The notes under the pieces: model-generated
Database searches by the model: none
What the model saw: only the letters and a program-made list of their open reading frames with translations
Told to the model about the DNA's origin: nothing
NCBI GenBank assembly: GCA_019418025.1
Contig: DYCR01000003.1
Span: forward strand, 7,438 to 71,437
Length of the DNA stretch: 64,000 nucleotides
Reading direction: 5' to 3'
Origin: Clostridiales bacterium
GTDB taxonomy: Bacteria > Bacillota > Clostridia > Oscillospirales > Oscillospiraceae
Shown here: piece by piece, positions 1 through 8,050 of the stretch
How positions within the stretch are numbered: the stretch's first letter is position 1
How the letters are laid out: each line of letters begins with the position of its first letter
Position numbers and translations under genes: made by a program

Positions 1-781
1 TATGCTGCAATTCGCCACCATGCATGAATTGCGTCCTGTTTTTGTATTCACCTTCTTTGAATCGATCGGTATAGGCCACGGAGAAAGTCCGATCTGTAAT
101 ACGAAGCTGTTCGATCCTATCTATCCGGTAAATTGTCGGATACGGATCATTTTTCTTTGCAAAGTGAGATTTTGTGTCGCTATCCACAATTAATCCCATT
201 AAATAGAAATAGTATTCAGAAAATAGGATTCCTACAGGTTGGATTTCTCTGATTATCGTCTTACTTCCTTGTAATCGTTTGTATGTCAAGATAACAGTAT
301 GTTTTGAATCAATGGCTTGAACGATTTCCCACAGAAAATCCGCGTTAAAATAGCCGTGTGCCGGATCAATGTAATGAAACAACTCGTTTTTCAATATTTT
401 CTTAAGTGCTTGACTATCTGTTGTAGATACACTCATACAAAGCAGACGATCGATGATTGAAGCTAAATCTGCTTTGGTATATGCACGGCTTTCAACTAAT
501 ATCTTACAAATAGAGAGTAACTCTCCTCTTGTGAGAAACTCATAATTTTGAGTCACAAGACGATAACCATGTGCATTATGATCATATTCGATACTCTGAC
601 TCATTCCACTTTCTCGCAGTTGTTCAGATAAGAATGCCCTGATCGTGTCTATATCTCGCTGAATAGATCGCTCATTTACATTATAGAGTAAAGCCATTTC
701 ATGTTTTTTTACTACTTTTCCTGACAGAAATGCACGATAAAGTTCAAGGACACGGTTACTTTTGGGACTGGACATACTCAT
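1..781 (-). CDS. HTH + WYL-domain transcriptional regulator, C-terminus cut by window edge (absent from supplied ORF track)
   Basis: Hand check: minus-strand frame from ATG at 781 (GGAAAGGGAA upstream) has no stop in 260 codons down to nt 2. Translation MSMSSPKSNRVLELYRAFLSGKVVKKHEMALLYNVNERSIQRDIDTIRAFL... (DeoR-type HTH), then ...TVILTYKRLQGSKTIIREIQPVGILFSEYYFYLMGL (WYL-like). Confidence 0.7.
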   Translation of the reverse strand, partial: MSMSSPKSNRVLELYRAFLSGKVVKKHEMALLYNVNERSIQRDIDTIRAFLSEQLRESGMSQSIEYDHNAHGYRLVTQNYEFLTRGELLSICKILVESRAYTKADLASIIDRLLCMSVSTTDSQALKKILKNELFHYIDPAHGYFNADFLWEIVQAIDSKHTVILTYKRLQGSKTIIREIQPVGILFSEYYFYLMGLIVDSDTKSHFAKKNDPYPTIYRIDRIEQLRITDRTFSVAYTDRFKEGEYKNRTQFMHGGELQH

Positions 782-991
782 AGTGTTCCCTTTCCGTAGT
801 GTAGAGCATATACTTCTATCTTTAAATATAGCAGCATAGTTGGACAGTAATTGTCATCTCCTTAAAAATCTGCCCCGCACTTTCTACTCTCTCATTATGT
901 CGTATTACCAATTTATTCCATTATATTTGGTAATACCAGATAAATCAAGTAGCTTTCTCCATATAATGACCTTATATAGGAGGTGGGTAGC

Positions 992-1237
992 TTGAAACCA
1001 AGGAAACTAGAGCTTGGCAATCGGAACCTAATTGGTGCCCGCGTTACCGAAGCCAGAAAAAGTCATGGAATGAAACAAGTAGAGCTACTTGCCAAATTGC
1101 AACTAGCCGGGGTGGATTTAAGCGTTCCTGCACTTTCGCTGCTAGAAGGTCAAAAACGTCCGGTATCTGATATTGAATTAAATGCCCTAGCAGACATCTT
1201 GAATGTGTCTGTGGACTGGTTATTGGGCAGAAAGTAA
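992..1237 (+). CDS. Small XRE/Cro-CI-type HTH regulator
   Basis: ORF 983..1237. AGGAGG at 978-983 favours the in-frame TTG at 992. Motif NLIGARVTEARKSHGMKQVELLAKLQLAGVDLSVPALSLLEGQKR is typical HTH_3. Divergent from the WYL gene. Confidence 0.75.
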   Translation: MKPRKLELGNRNLIGARVTEARKSHGMKQVELLAKLQLAGVDLSVPALSLLEGQKRPVSDIELNALADILNVSVDWLLGRK

Positions 1238-1351
1238 GAAAACATCCACCCTTAGATGAGCACAACAGCTCACACAGGAGTGGATGTTTTTCGTTGACGA
1301 TACTGACTGCTCTTTGGCTGAAATAGGCAAGCCAAATGCAGCGGACTTTTA

Positions 1352-2845
1352 TCACTTCAAATATAACGGATTGGTCTGGTAGGTCTGTTTCGGACTTCTT
1401 GGATGATTGGGAATCGATAAGAGAATGACATTCTTCTTCACCAAGGGATCAATATAGCGTTTGATCGCATACTGCACACTGGCGATCTGAAGATAATCGC
1501 TGACTTCCTTGCGTGTTCTGGGAACTGCACAGAATTCTAACAAGCCCTTATCATCATTGACATTTTGCATCGATACGGATGTTACCTCTGTCATCGGTGC
1601 AATCTTCTGGGCACTGCGGTCGTTATAAAGGCACACAGAAAATTCTCCCCGCAAATCATTAAATACAGGTTCCGGAAGATCGAGGTCCCACATTGCACGA
1701 CGAATGCGAGGAATACCAGAATAACGATTCTCCGTTTGACCCAATGCTTCCATTGTTGTCACAAGAACAGGATTTCGGGTATCAGGTTGAATTTTTCCCA
1801 GTTGATCCAGCGTCAGACGACCATACAAACCACCTGGATTGTGAATTTCCAAACGGTCAGAAAACATGATGATCTGAATCGGCATATTCTCTGTGTGCGG
1901 GCTGTAATCCCTGTGGACCAATGCATTCAGAACAGACTCACGAACAGCGTCCAGTGGGTATTCGGGGATATCCCTGCGAACACCTGTGGAAGGGTCAATA
2001 CGCAGTGCTGTGCGCATATTTATTCTGACAAATCCGACGGCAGTCTCCAACATTTCTTGCAGTGTTCCCTCAATCCGTTTGCTGTCAGAGAAACGCTGTC
2101 CTGCATCGTCCAGCGTTCCCATCTCCGTTCCCGGCACACTTGAGGCAATAATACTCAGCTGTGGAAAATACGCCTGGGGATATGGGCAGAAAAGCAGCAC
2201 CGCCGAAAGCGTAACTTTACCTTCTCTCGTGATACCGGTTAACTCATATAACTGCTCCAACGGCAGTGCCGCCAAATTGGGACGATCCAGCTTGCGTTTC
2301 AGAAGGTATTGTTCCAGCTTGATCTGATCCAAGCCGATGATTGATACCCCATCAACCGGACGAATATCGTCCCTCGTCTTTTTGCGGTAAGCCTCATAGC
2401 TGTACACTTCATATTCCGTCATCGGCTTGTCTGCATCCCCAACCCGAATATAAGCGCCTTTCAGCCGTCCCTTTGCTTCCTTAAAACAGGGACGCTCGGT
2501 GAGGTCCACAGGCGGGATCTCCGCTATAACAAAGACTTTCCCATCCACATCAAACACACTGAGGATTGGATGTACCTTTGGGGACATAGACTCCCCTACT
2601 TCCATCAGCTTTTTTTGAAGATCCTGAGCATCATAGATACCAACCTTCTGAAAATTCTGCTTTTCATCAATTCCAAAGACGATAATCCCGCCCTCGTCCT
2701 GATTGGAAAAAGAAGAGAAGGTGTCATAGAGCCTTTCCGGACAGCCTTTGGCTGCCGCTTTGATTTCCAGTGTCTGTTCTTCACATCTTCGTGTTTCAAT
2801 TCGCTCTAATAATTTAGCAAACTCCTCATACAACATAAAACTCAC
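1352..2845 (-). CDS. AlbA_2 (Schlafen-like) DNA-binding domain + HATPase_c_4-like domain + C-terminal wHTH protein (COG2865 type, often mislabelled RecG-like)
   Basis: 497-aa ORF. N-terminus E..TLEIKAAAKG...EGGIIVFGIDE, central ...RESVLNALVHRDYS...IQIIMFSDRLEIHNPGGL... matches my memory of this family. AT-rich codon usage unlike the rest of the window. Confidence 0.6.
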   Translation of the reverse strand: MSFMLYEEFAKLLERIETRRCEEQTLEIKAAAKGCPERLYDTFSSFSNQDEGGIIVFGIDEKQNFQKVGIYDAQDLQKKLMEVGESMSPKVHPILSVFDVDGKVFVIAEIPPVDLTERPCFKEAKGRLKGAYIRVGDADKPMTEYEVYSYEAYRKKTRDDIRPVDGVSIIGLDQIKLEQYLLKRKLDRPNLAALPLEQLYELTGITREGKVTLSAVLLFCPYPQAYFPQLSIIASSVPGTEMGTLDDAGQRFSDSKRIEGTLQEMLETAVGFVRINMRTALRIDPSTGVRRDIPEYPLDAVRESVLNALVHRDYSPHTENMPIQIIMFSDRLEIHNPGGLYGRLTLDQLGKIQPDTRNPVLVTTMEALGQTENRYSGIPRIRRAMWDLDLPEPVFNDLRGEFSVCLYNDRSAQKIAPMTEVTSVSMQNVNDDKGLLEFCAVPRTRKEVSDYLQIASVQYAIKRYIDPLVKKNVILLSIPNHPRSPKQTYQTNPLYLK

Positions 2846-2997
2846 CTCTTCTAGATCAACTATATCACAACAACATAAGAAAGTAAATCAATAAGTAAAC
2901 AATTTTATTTATGTTGTTTTCTTATTTTCACTATAACATAACAAACAAGAGAAAAAAAGTGAAATGAAGAACACGACATCTGATCTCCTATCCCCTG

Positions 2998-3255
2998 CTA
3001 AATGGTAACGGTGGCTATGTACCGAATATCCATTTCATGGCTGACAGCAGTACGGTTGTTTCTGGTAAATATCATATTTCGTATGGGTTTCATCTTCTTG
3101 ACCATCTGGCCGCCGACGGAGCCGGCCTCACGGGAGGTCAGGTGACCGTTGTAGCCGTTGCTCAGGTTCACGCCGACCTCGCTTGCTGCCTGCATCTTGA
3201 ACTTGTCCATTGCGTCTCTTGCTTCGGGAATGTTGATCTGATTGTTGCTCTTCAT
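2998..3255 (-). CDS. alpha/beta-type small acid-soluble spore protein
   Basis: Internal ATG at 3255 preceded by AGGAGAG. MKSNNQINIPEARDAMDKFKMQAASEVGVNLSNGYNGHLTSREAGSVGGQMVKKM carries the SASP signature. C-terminal tail is longer than usual. Confidence 0.75.
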   Translation of the reverse strand: MKSNNQINIPEARDAMDKFKMQAASEVGVNLSNGYNGHLTSREAGSVGGQMVKKMKPIRNMIFTRNNRTAVSHEMDIRYIATVTI

Positions 3256-3444
3256 AATGTTTCTCTCCTTTTCACATCTCTCGGGAAGAAACCGTTTCCC
3301 GAGAGAAACAATTTCTTTCCGTACTCCTATCTTAACCCATATTCGGGTGCATATTCTGTGTAAAAATTCCCATTTCTGCATATGGATGGCATTTCATCAG
3401 GCTTTGCTTCCTTCTGTTTATCATGATCTGCCATTTGAAAAATT

Positions 3445-3484
3445 TTATCAAAAAAGCCGAACCGCCGGAGATGGCGGTTCGGCT
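3445..3484 (-). terminator. Intrinsic terminator after the CoA-binding protein gene
   Basis: Minus strand reads AGCCGAACCGCC-ATCTCC-GGCGGTTCGGCT followed by TTTTTTGAT. Confidence 0.7.
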
Positions 3485-3564
3485 TGCATGTCATGCACAG
3501 GGCGGCATTTGGCAGCACGATATGATTTTACACGACCCGAAAAGCCGTACTCCTGCCCTGCCTT

Positions 3565-3924
3565 TCAGGCTTTTGCATACTGAGACAGACCCACCAGCAG
3601 ACAGCCGTGGATATAGGGGAGCTTCTGCTCGTCAAGCCACGCGAGCAGCGCAGGGTCGTCTGCACCGGGCTGAATGACGATGCACCGGAAGGGCTTTTGA
3701 TTCTCCTGAAGCAGCTTCAGCCCCTTCACCGGATGGATGCACAGGTCGATCACATCGATCTGCCCTTGGATATCATTGATCGAAGCAAGCTCCTTACCCA
3801 CGCAGTGGACCGTGTATCCGGCATCGAGCATCCGGTGCTTGATCTTGTATGCGTATTTCTCCGGGTTCAGCGTGTCCCCCAATACGGCAAAGTGTTTTTG
3901 CTCCATGATTTCTTTCAGTTCCAT
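3565..3924 (-). CDS. CoA-binding domain protein (YccU/YneT-like)
   Basis: ATG at 3924 behind a GGGGG RBS. MELKEIMEQKHFAVLGDTLNPEKYAYKI...VIDLCIHP...IVIQPGA is typical of the CoA_binding_2 family. Confidence 0.7.
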   Translation of the reverse strand: MELKEIMEQKHFAVLGDTLNPEKYAYKIKHRMLDAGYTVHCVGKELASINDIQGQIDVIDLCIHPVKGLKLLQENQKPFRCIVIQPGADDPALLAWLDEQKLPYIHGCLLVGLSQYAKA

Positions 3925-4044
3925 AGGAATTACCCCCTTTTTCCGCCAGTATATCACCGCCGGATGGGTAAAACTGTGACATCATCACAAAAGCCCAGAA
4001 GGGCAGAAAAAATCGCCCACCCCTGCGCAAGCAGGAGCGGGTGA

Positions 4045-4245
4045 CCGAGACTGCCCCAAACCCCTTTCAGGGCTTTCGGGCAATTTTTACAGCCTGACCC
4101 GCGCATAATTTCTCCGTCTATGACGGAGAAATTCCACACTCTCAGGCTGAGCAGTATGTTCCCCGAGGTACACGCCCCCGTGGAACATAATTTCTATCTT
4201 TTTGCCGCTGAGGCGGCAAACTCTGTGAGACTATTTGATACGCTG
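4045..4245 (-). repeat. ~200-bp interspersed structured element, copy 1 (diverged flanking direct repeats 4011-4044 / 4246-4280)
   Basis: Aligns end to end with the cores at 11386-11584, 14834-15036, 22247-22446 and 30865-31068. Flanked by two imperfect copies of the hairpin AATCGCCCACCCCTGC-loop-GCAGGxxCGGGxGA. Confidence 0.85.
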
Positions 4246-4326
4246 AATCGCCCACCCCTGCATAAGCAGGGACGGGCGATCTTTCGAAACACAATGAACA
4301 AATACGGAGATAATGGCGTTTGAAAA

Positions 4327-5355
4327 TTATCTCTGGATACGACCGGAGCCGTCGCCGCCTGCCAGCTTCTCCACCTCAGCGACAGTGACCATGTTGTAGT
4401 CGCCCTCGATGGAGTGCTTCAGAGCGGATGCTGCAACAGCAAACTCAACTGCTGCCTGAGTGTCCTTGCCGGACAGCAGGCTGTAGATCAGGCCGCCGCC
4501 GAAGGAGTCACCGCCGCCGACGCGGTCGATGATGTGCAGGTTGTACTTCTTGGAGAAGCAGTACTCGTCCTTGGCAACATTGTAGAGCATTGCGCTCCAG
4601 CCGTTGTCGAATGCAGAGTGGCTCTCACGCAGGGTGATGGCAACCATCTCGAAGCCGAACTTGTCAGCCAGCTGCTTTGCAACGGACTTGTAGCCCTCGT
4701 GGTTCAGGCTGCCGCCGTAGATATCGGTAGCCTCGGCCTCGATGCCGAACACGTCCTTTGCGTCCTCCTCGTTGGAGATGCAGACGTCAACATACTGGCA
4801 CAGCTCGGTCATGGCAGCACGGGCCTGCTCACGGGTCCACAGCTTGCCGCGGTAGTTCAGGTCGCAGGAGATCTTGACGCCGCGAGCCTTTGCTGCCTTG
4901 CAGGCCTCCTTGCAGATCTCAACCAGGTTCTCGCCCAGAGCGGGAGTGATGCCGGTGAAGTGGAACCACTCAGCGCCCTCAAAGATGCTGTCCCAGTCGA
5001 AATCAGTGGTGGAAGCCTCCTGAATGGAGGAATGGGCACGGTCGTAGATGCACACGGAGCCGCGCTGAGAAGCGCCCTTCTCGTTGAAGTAGATGCCCAC
5101 ACGGTCGCCGCCGCGGACGATCTTGCTGGTATCCACGCCGTAGCGGCGCAGGGAGTTGACAGCGGACTGGCCGATGGCGTGGATGGGCAGCTTGGTTACA
5201 AAAGCTGCATCCATGCCGTAGTTTGCCAGAGAAACTGCGACGTTTGCCTCGCCGCCGCCGAAGGTGAACTCCACATGGTCACACTGGACGAAGCGCTCGT
5301 AGTTGTAAGGCTGCAGGCGGAGCATCAGCTCGCCAAAGGTAATGATCTTTGCCAT
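4327..5355 (-). CDS. kdgK: 2-dehydro-3-deoxygluconokinase (PfkB family)
   Basis: 342 aa, MAKIITFGELMLRLQP..., C-terminal DRVGGGDSFGGGLIY PfkB motif. Last gene of the uxaC-uxuA-SDR-eda operon. Confidence 0.9.
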   Translation of the reverse strand: MAKIITFGELMLRLQPYNYERFVQCDHVEFTFGGGEANVAVSLANYGMDAAFVTKLPIHAIGQSAVNSLRRYGVDTSKIVRGGDRVGIYFNEKGASQRGSVCIYDRAHSSIQEASTTDFDWDSIFEGAEWFHFTGITPALGENLVEICKEACKAAKARGVKISCDLNYRGKLWTREQARAAMTELCQYVDVCISNEEDAKDVFGIEAEATDIYGGSLNHEGYKSVAKQLADKFGFEMVAITLRESHSAFDNGWSAMLYNVAKDEYCFSKKYNLHIIDRVGGGDSFGGGLIYSLLSGKDTQAAVEFAVAASALKHSIEGDYNMVTVAEVEKLAGGDGSGRIQR

Positions 5356-5382
5356 ATCTGTAAATCCTCTTTCTCTATCACA

Positions 5383-6009
5383 TTAGCCGAAAGCAGCCTG
5401 ACGGGCCTCGGCACACAGTGCAGTAATTTTCTCGAAATTGCCGGCTGCGATATCCGCCTTGGGGCAGACCCAGCTGCCGCCGACTGCATGGATGAAGGGA
5501 GCATCGATATACTCTCTGACATTGGCTGCATTGACGCCGCCGGTGGGCATGAACTTGATGCCCACAAAGGGAGCAGACAGGTTCTTCATGGCGTTCAGGC
5601 CGCCGTAGACATTTGCGGGGAAGAACTTGATGACCTTCAGACCCATGTTGACTGCTGCGGTGATCTCGGTGGGAGTCACGCAGCCGGGGGTCACGGCAAC
5701 ACCGTTTTCGATGCACCATGCCACGACCTCTGCGTCAAAGCCGGGAGAAACGATGAACTTTGCGCCCATGGAGACAGCCAGCTTGCACTGCTCCAGATTC
5801 AGGATGGTGCCGGCGCCCACCAGCATATCGGGGCAGTTTTCGGCAACAGCCTTGATGGAATCGGCAGCAGCTGCGGTGCGGAAGGTGATCTCCATAACGT
5901 CGATGCCGCCTGCAACCATCGCATTGGCGGTGGGCACTGCGTCCTTTGCATCGTCAAGAACAACAACAGGAACGACGCCTGCCTTTGCCAGTCTATTCAG
6001 AACATCCAT
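5383..6009 (-). CDS. eda: KDPG / 4-hydroxy-2-oxoglutarate aldolase
   Basis: 208 aa. VVPVVVLDD...EITFRT...GAGTILN...FMPTGGV motifs. AGGAGG RBS. Confidence 0.9.
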   Translation of the reverse strand: MDVLNRLAKAGVVPVVVLDDAKDAVPTANAMVAGGIDVMEITFRTAAAADSIKAVAENCPDMLVGAGTILNLEQCKLAVSMGAKFIVSPGFDAEVVAWCIENGVAVTPGCVTPTEITAAVNMGLKVIKFFPANVYGGLNAMKNLSAPFVGIKFMPTGGVNAANVREYIDAPFIHAVGGSWVCPKADIAAGNFEKITALCAEARQAAFG

Positions 6010-6021
6010 GTGAGCTCCTCC

Positions 6022-6867
6022 TTACACGCCGGAGTATGCAGCGAAGCCGCAGTCGATGGGCAGGCAGACACCGGTGATGGCGGAAGCGGACTTGTCGTCG
6101 CACAGGAACAGGGTTGCGCCCAGCAGCTCATCAGCCTCAACAAAGCGGCCGGTGGGGGTGCCGTTCAGGATCTTAGCGGAACGAGCGGTGGGGGTGCCAT
6201 CCTCGTTGAACAGCAGCTTTCTGTTCTGGTCGGAAACCAGGAAGCCGGGAGCGATCGCATTGCAGCGGATGTTGGTGCCGGCAAAATGGGTGGACAGCCA
6301 CTGAGTGAAGTTGGAGATAGCGGACTTTGCAGCGGAGTAAGCGGGGATCTTGGTCAGGGGGGTGTATGCATTCATGGAAGAGATGTTCAGAATGCAGCCG
6401 TGCTTCTTGTCAGCCATGTCCTTAGCAAAGGCCTGAGTGGGCAGCAGGGTACCCTGGAAGTTCAGCTTAAAGACAAAATCAACGCCGGATGCGTCCAGAT
6501 CAAAGAAGGTCTTGTCGCCCTCCTTGGCCTCATGATGGTACTCGTTGTCGGTGGTAGCACGGGGGTTGTTGCCGCCTGCACCGTTGACGAGGATGTCGCA
6601 GGGACCCAGATCCTTCAGGACAGCCTGATGGACCTCTTCCAGAGCCTCGGCTTCCAGAACGTTTGCCTTGTAGCCCTCGCAGATGAAGCCTTCAGCCTTG
6701 ATCTCCTCAGCCAGCTTCTTAACAGCCTCTTCGTTCAGGTCCAGAGCAGCGACCTTTGCACCGCTCTGTGCAAAAGCACGAGCCATTGCGCCGCAGATCA
6801 GTCCGCCTGCGCCGGTAACAACAACGACCTTACCGGAAAAATCAATGTCCAAGGGAAGATTAATCAT
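6022..6867 (-). CDS. SDR-family oxidoreductase, most likely D-mannonate (fructuronate) oxidoreductase of the YjmF/UxuB-SDR type
   Basis: TGAGGLICG Rossmann motif and YSAAK catalytic motif. Sits between uxuA and eda. Confidence 0.65.
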   Translation of the reverse strand: MINLPLDIDFSGKVVVVTGAGGLICGAMARAFAQSGAKVAALDLNEEAVKKLAEEIKAEGFICEGYKANVLEAEALEEVHQAVLKDLGPCDILVNGAGGNNPRATTDNEYHHEAKEGDKTFFDLDASGVDFVFKLNFQGTLLPTQAFAKDMADKKHGCILNISSMNAYTPLTKIPAYSAAKSAISNFTQWLSTHFAGTNIRCNAIAPGFLVSDQNRKLLFNEDGTPTARSAKILNGTPTGRFVEADELLGATLFLCDDKSASAITGVCLPIDCGFAAYSGV

Positions 6868-6921
6868 GATAATTTTGCCTCCAAATAAAATATTGTCGAA
6901 AAAGAAATGTGAATGAAAAAA

Positions 6922-8013
6922 TCAGATCTTGCCGTCCAGACGGTCCAGCATGTCCCATACGCCCAGCATATACATAATGCCAAGAGCGCGGTCGTACAGG
7001 CCGTAGCCGGGACGGACGGTGCCGGGGCCCTCGCCCCACAGGTGGCGGCCGTGGTCAGGACGGATATATCCCTCGTAACCGCAGTCGTGGTAAGCCTTCA
7101 GGATCTCCAGAATGCCGGTGTCGCCGTCGCAGTCCCGGTGGCTTGCCTCGGAGAAGTCTCCGTTTTCAAAATGCTTGACGTTGCGGATGTGGGCAAAGGC
7201 AATGCGGTCGCAGTGCTTGCGGACGATGTCGGCAACGTGGTTGTTGGGATCGGCGTTCAAAGAGCCGGAGCAGAGTGTCAGGCAGTTGTACTCGTCATCG
7301 ACCATCTTCAGGAACCGGTCAATGTTCTCTGCATTGGTCAGCAGACGGGGCAGGCCGAAGATATCCCAGGGGGGATCGTCCATGTGGATGGCCATTTTGA
7401 TGTCGCACTCCCGGCAGGTGGGCATGATTGCCTCGAGGAAGTACTTGAGGTTGGCCCACAGCTTCTCGTGGTCAACGTCTGCGTATGCCTTGAACAGCTC
7501 ATCAAGCTTTGCCATACGCTCAGGCTCCCATCCGGGGAAGGACATGTCATACTTCTCGGTGAAGCCCAGAATGTACTTTGCCATGGCATTGTAGTCATCC
7601 TGGATCATGTTCTTTTCATAGTAAAGTGCGGTGGAACCGTCGCCCACGGGGTGGAACAGGTTGGAGCGGGTCCAGTCAAAGATGGGCATGAAGTTGTAGC
7701 AGATGACCTTGACACCGAACTTGGACAGGTTGCGGATGGTCTGCTTGTAGTTCTCGATATACTGGTCGCGGGTGGGCAGACCGATCTTGATGTCGTCGTG
7801 GACATTGACAGACTCGACAACGTCCATGTTGAAGCCGTACTCGTCGAGCTGCTTTTTGACCTCAGCGATCTCTTCTACTTCCCAGATCTCGCCGGGCATT
7901 TTATGGTGCAATGCCCAGACAATGCTGGTAACACCGGGAATCTGCTTAATGTCGGACAGCTTGATGTTATCGTTGCCTTCGCCGTACCAACGGAAACCCA
8001 TTTGCATTGGCAT
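6922..8013 (-). CDS. uxuA: Mannonate dehydratase
   Basis: 363 aa. MPMQMGFRWYGEGND...IKQIPGV... is characteristic of the UxuA N-terminus. AGGAGG 7 nt before the ATG at 8013. Confidence 0.9.
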   Translation of the reverse strand: MPMQMGFRWYGEGNDNIKLSDIKQIPGVTSIVWALHHKMPGEIWEVEEIAEVKKQLDEYGFNMDVVESVNVHDDIKIGLPTRDQYIENYKQTIRNLSKFGVKVICYNFMPIFDWTRSNLFHPVGDGSTALYYEKNMIQDDYNAMAKYILGFTEKYDMSFPGWEPERMAKLDELFKAYADVDHEKLWANLKYFLEAIMPTCRECDIKMAIHMDDPPWDIFGLPRLLTNAENIDRFLKMVDDEYNCLTLCSGSLNADPNNHVADIVRKHCDRIAFAHIRNVKHFENGDFSEASHRDCDGDTGILEILKAYHDCGYEGYIRPDHGRHLWGEGPGTVRPGYGLYDRALGIMYMLGVWDMLDRLDGKI

Positions 8014-8050
8014 AAATGATCCTCCTAAATTTATAGTGTCTATTTATCAA

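Noticed and set aside
3256-3340. Forespore (sigma-G/F) promoter upstream of the SASP gene.
   Set aside because: Only weak matches (GAATA...TAAGATA) could be aligned, which is not enough to call. A stable leader hairpin (TCTCTCGGGA..TCCCGAGAGA) is present, but its role is unclear.
4120-4323. ORFs running through the ~200-bp repeat. Examples: 4120..4323, 22173..22406, the N-terminus of 14432..14995, part of 11339..12487, 3954..4139, 11071..11478, 14871..15056 and 30734..30997. They give similar peptides (..FHTLRL..FPEVHAP..FFAA.AAN..).
   Set aside because: The peptide similarity just reflects the nucleotide repeat. The ATG lies in a variable hairpin loop and is absent in copy 5, no stop codon lies inside the element (the frames read into unrelated flanks), there is no RBS, and the differences between copies are paired stem substitutions rather than codon-aware changes.
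4414-6888. Very long antisense ORFs opposite well-supported genes. Examples: 4414..6888 (+, 824 aa), 18107..22216 (-, 1369 aa), 26093..27781 (-), 24665..26077 (-), 22524..24293 (+), 35532..37409 (+), 37951..39081 (+), 12685..13866 (+), 40363..41826 (-), 29215..30744 (+), 62708..63940 (-).
   Set aside because: These are shadow ORFs of the kind expected in high-GC DNA. Their translations are low-complexity (Ala/Gly/Val/Asp/His/Leu/Gln-rich), they have no RBS, and the opposite strand encodes proteins with unmistakable family signatures (KdgK, Eda, GH112, ABC components, DnaK, HrcA and others).
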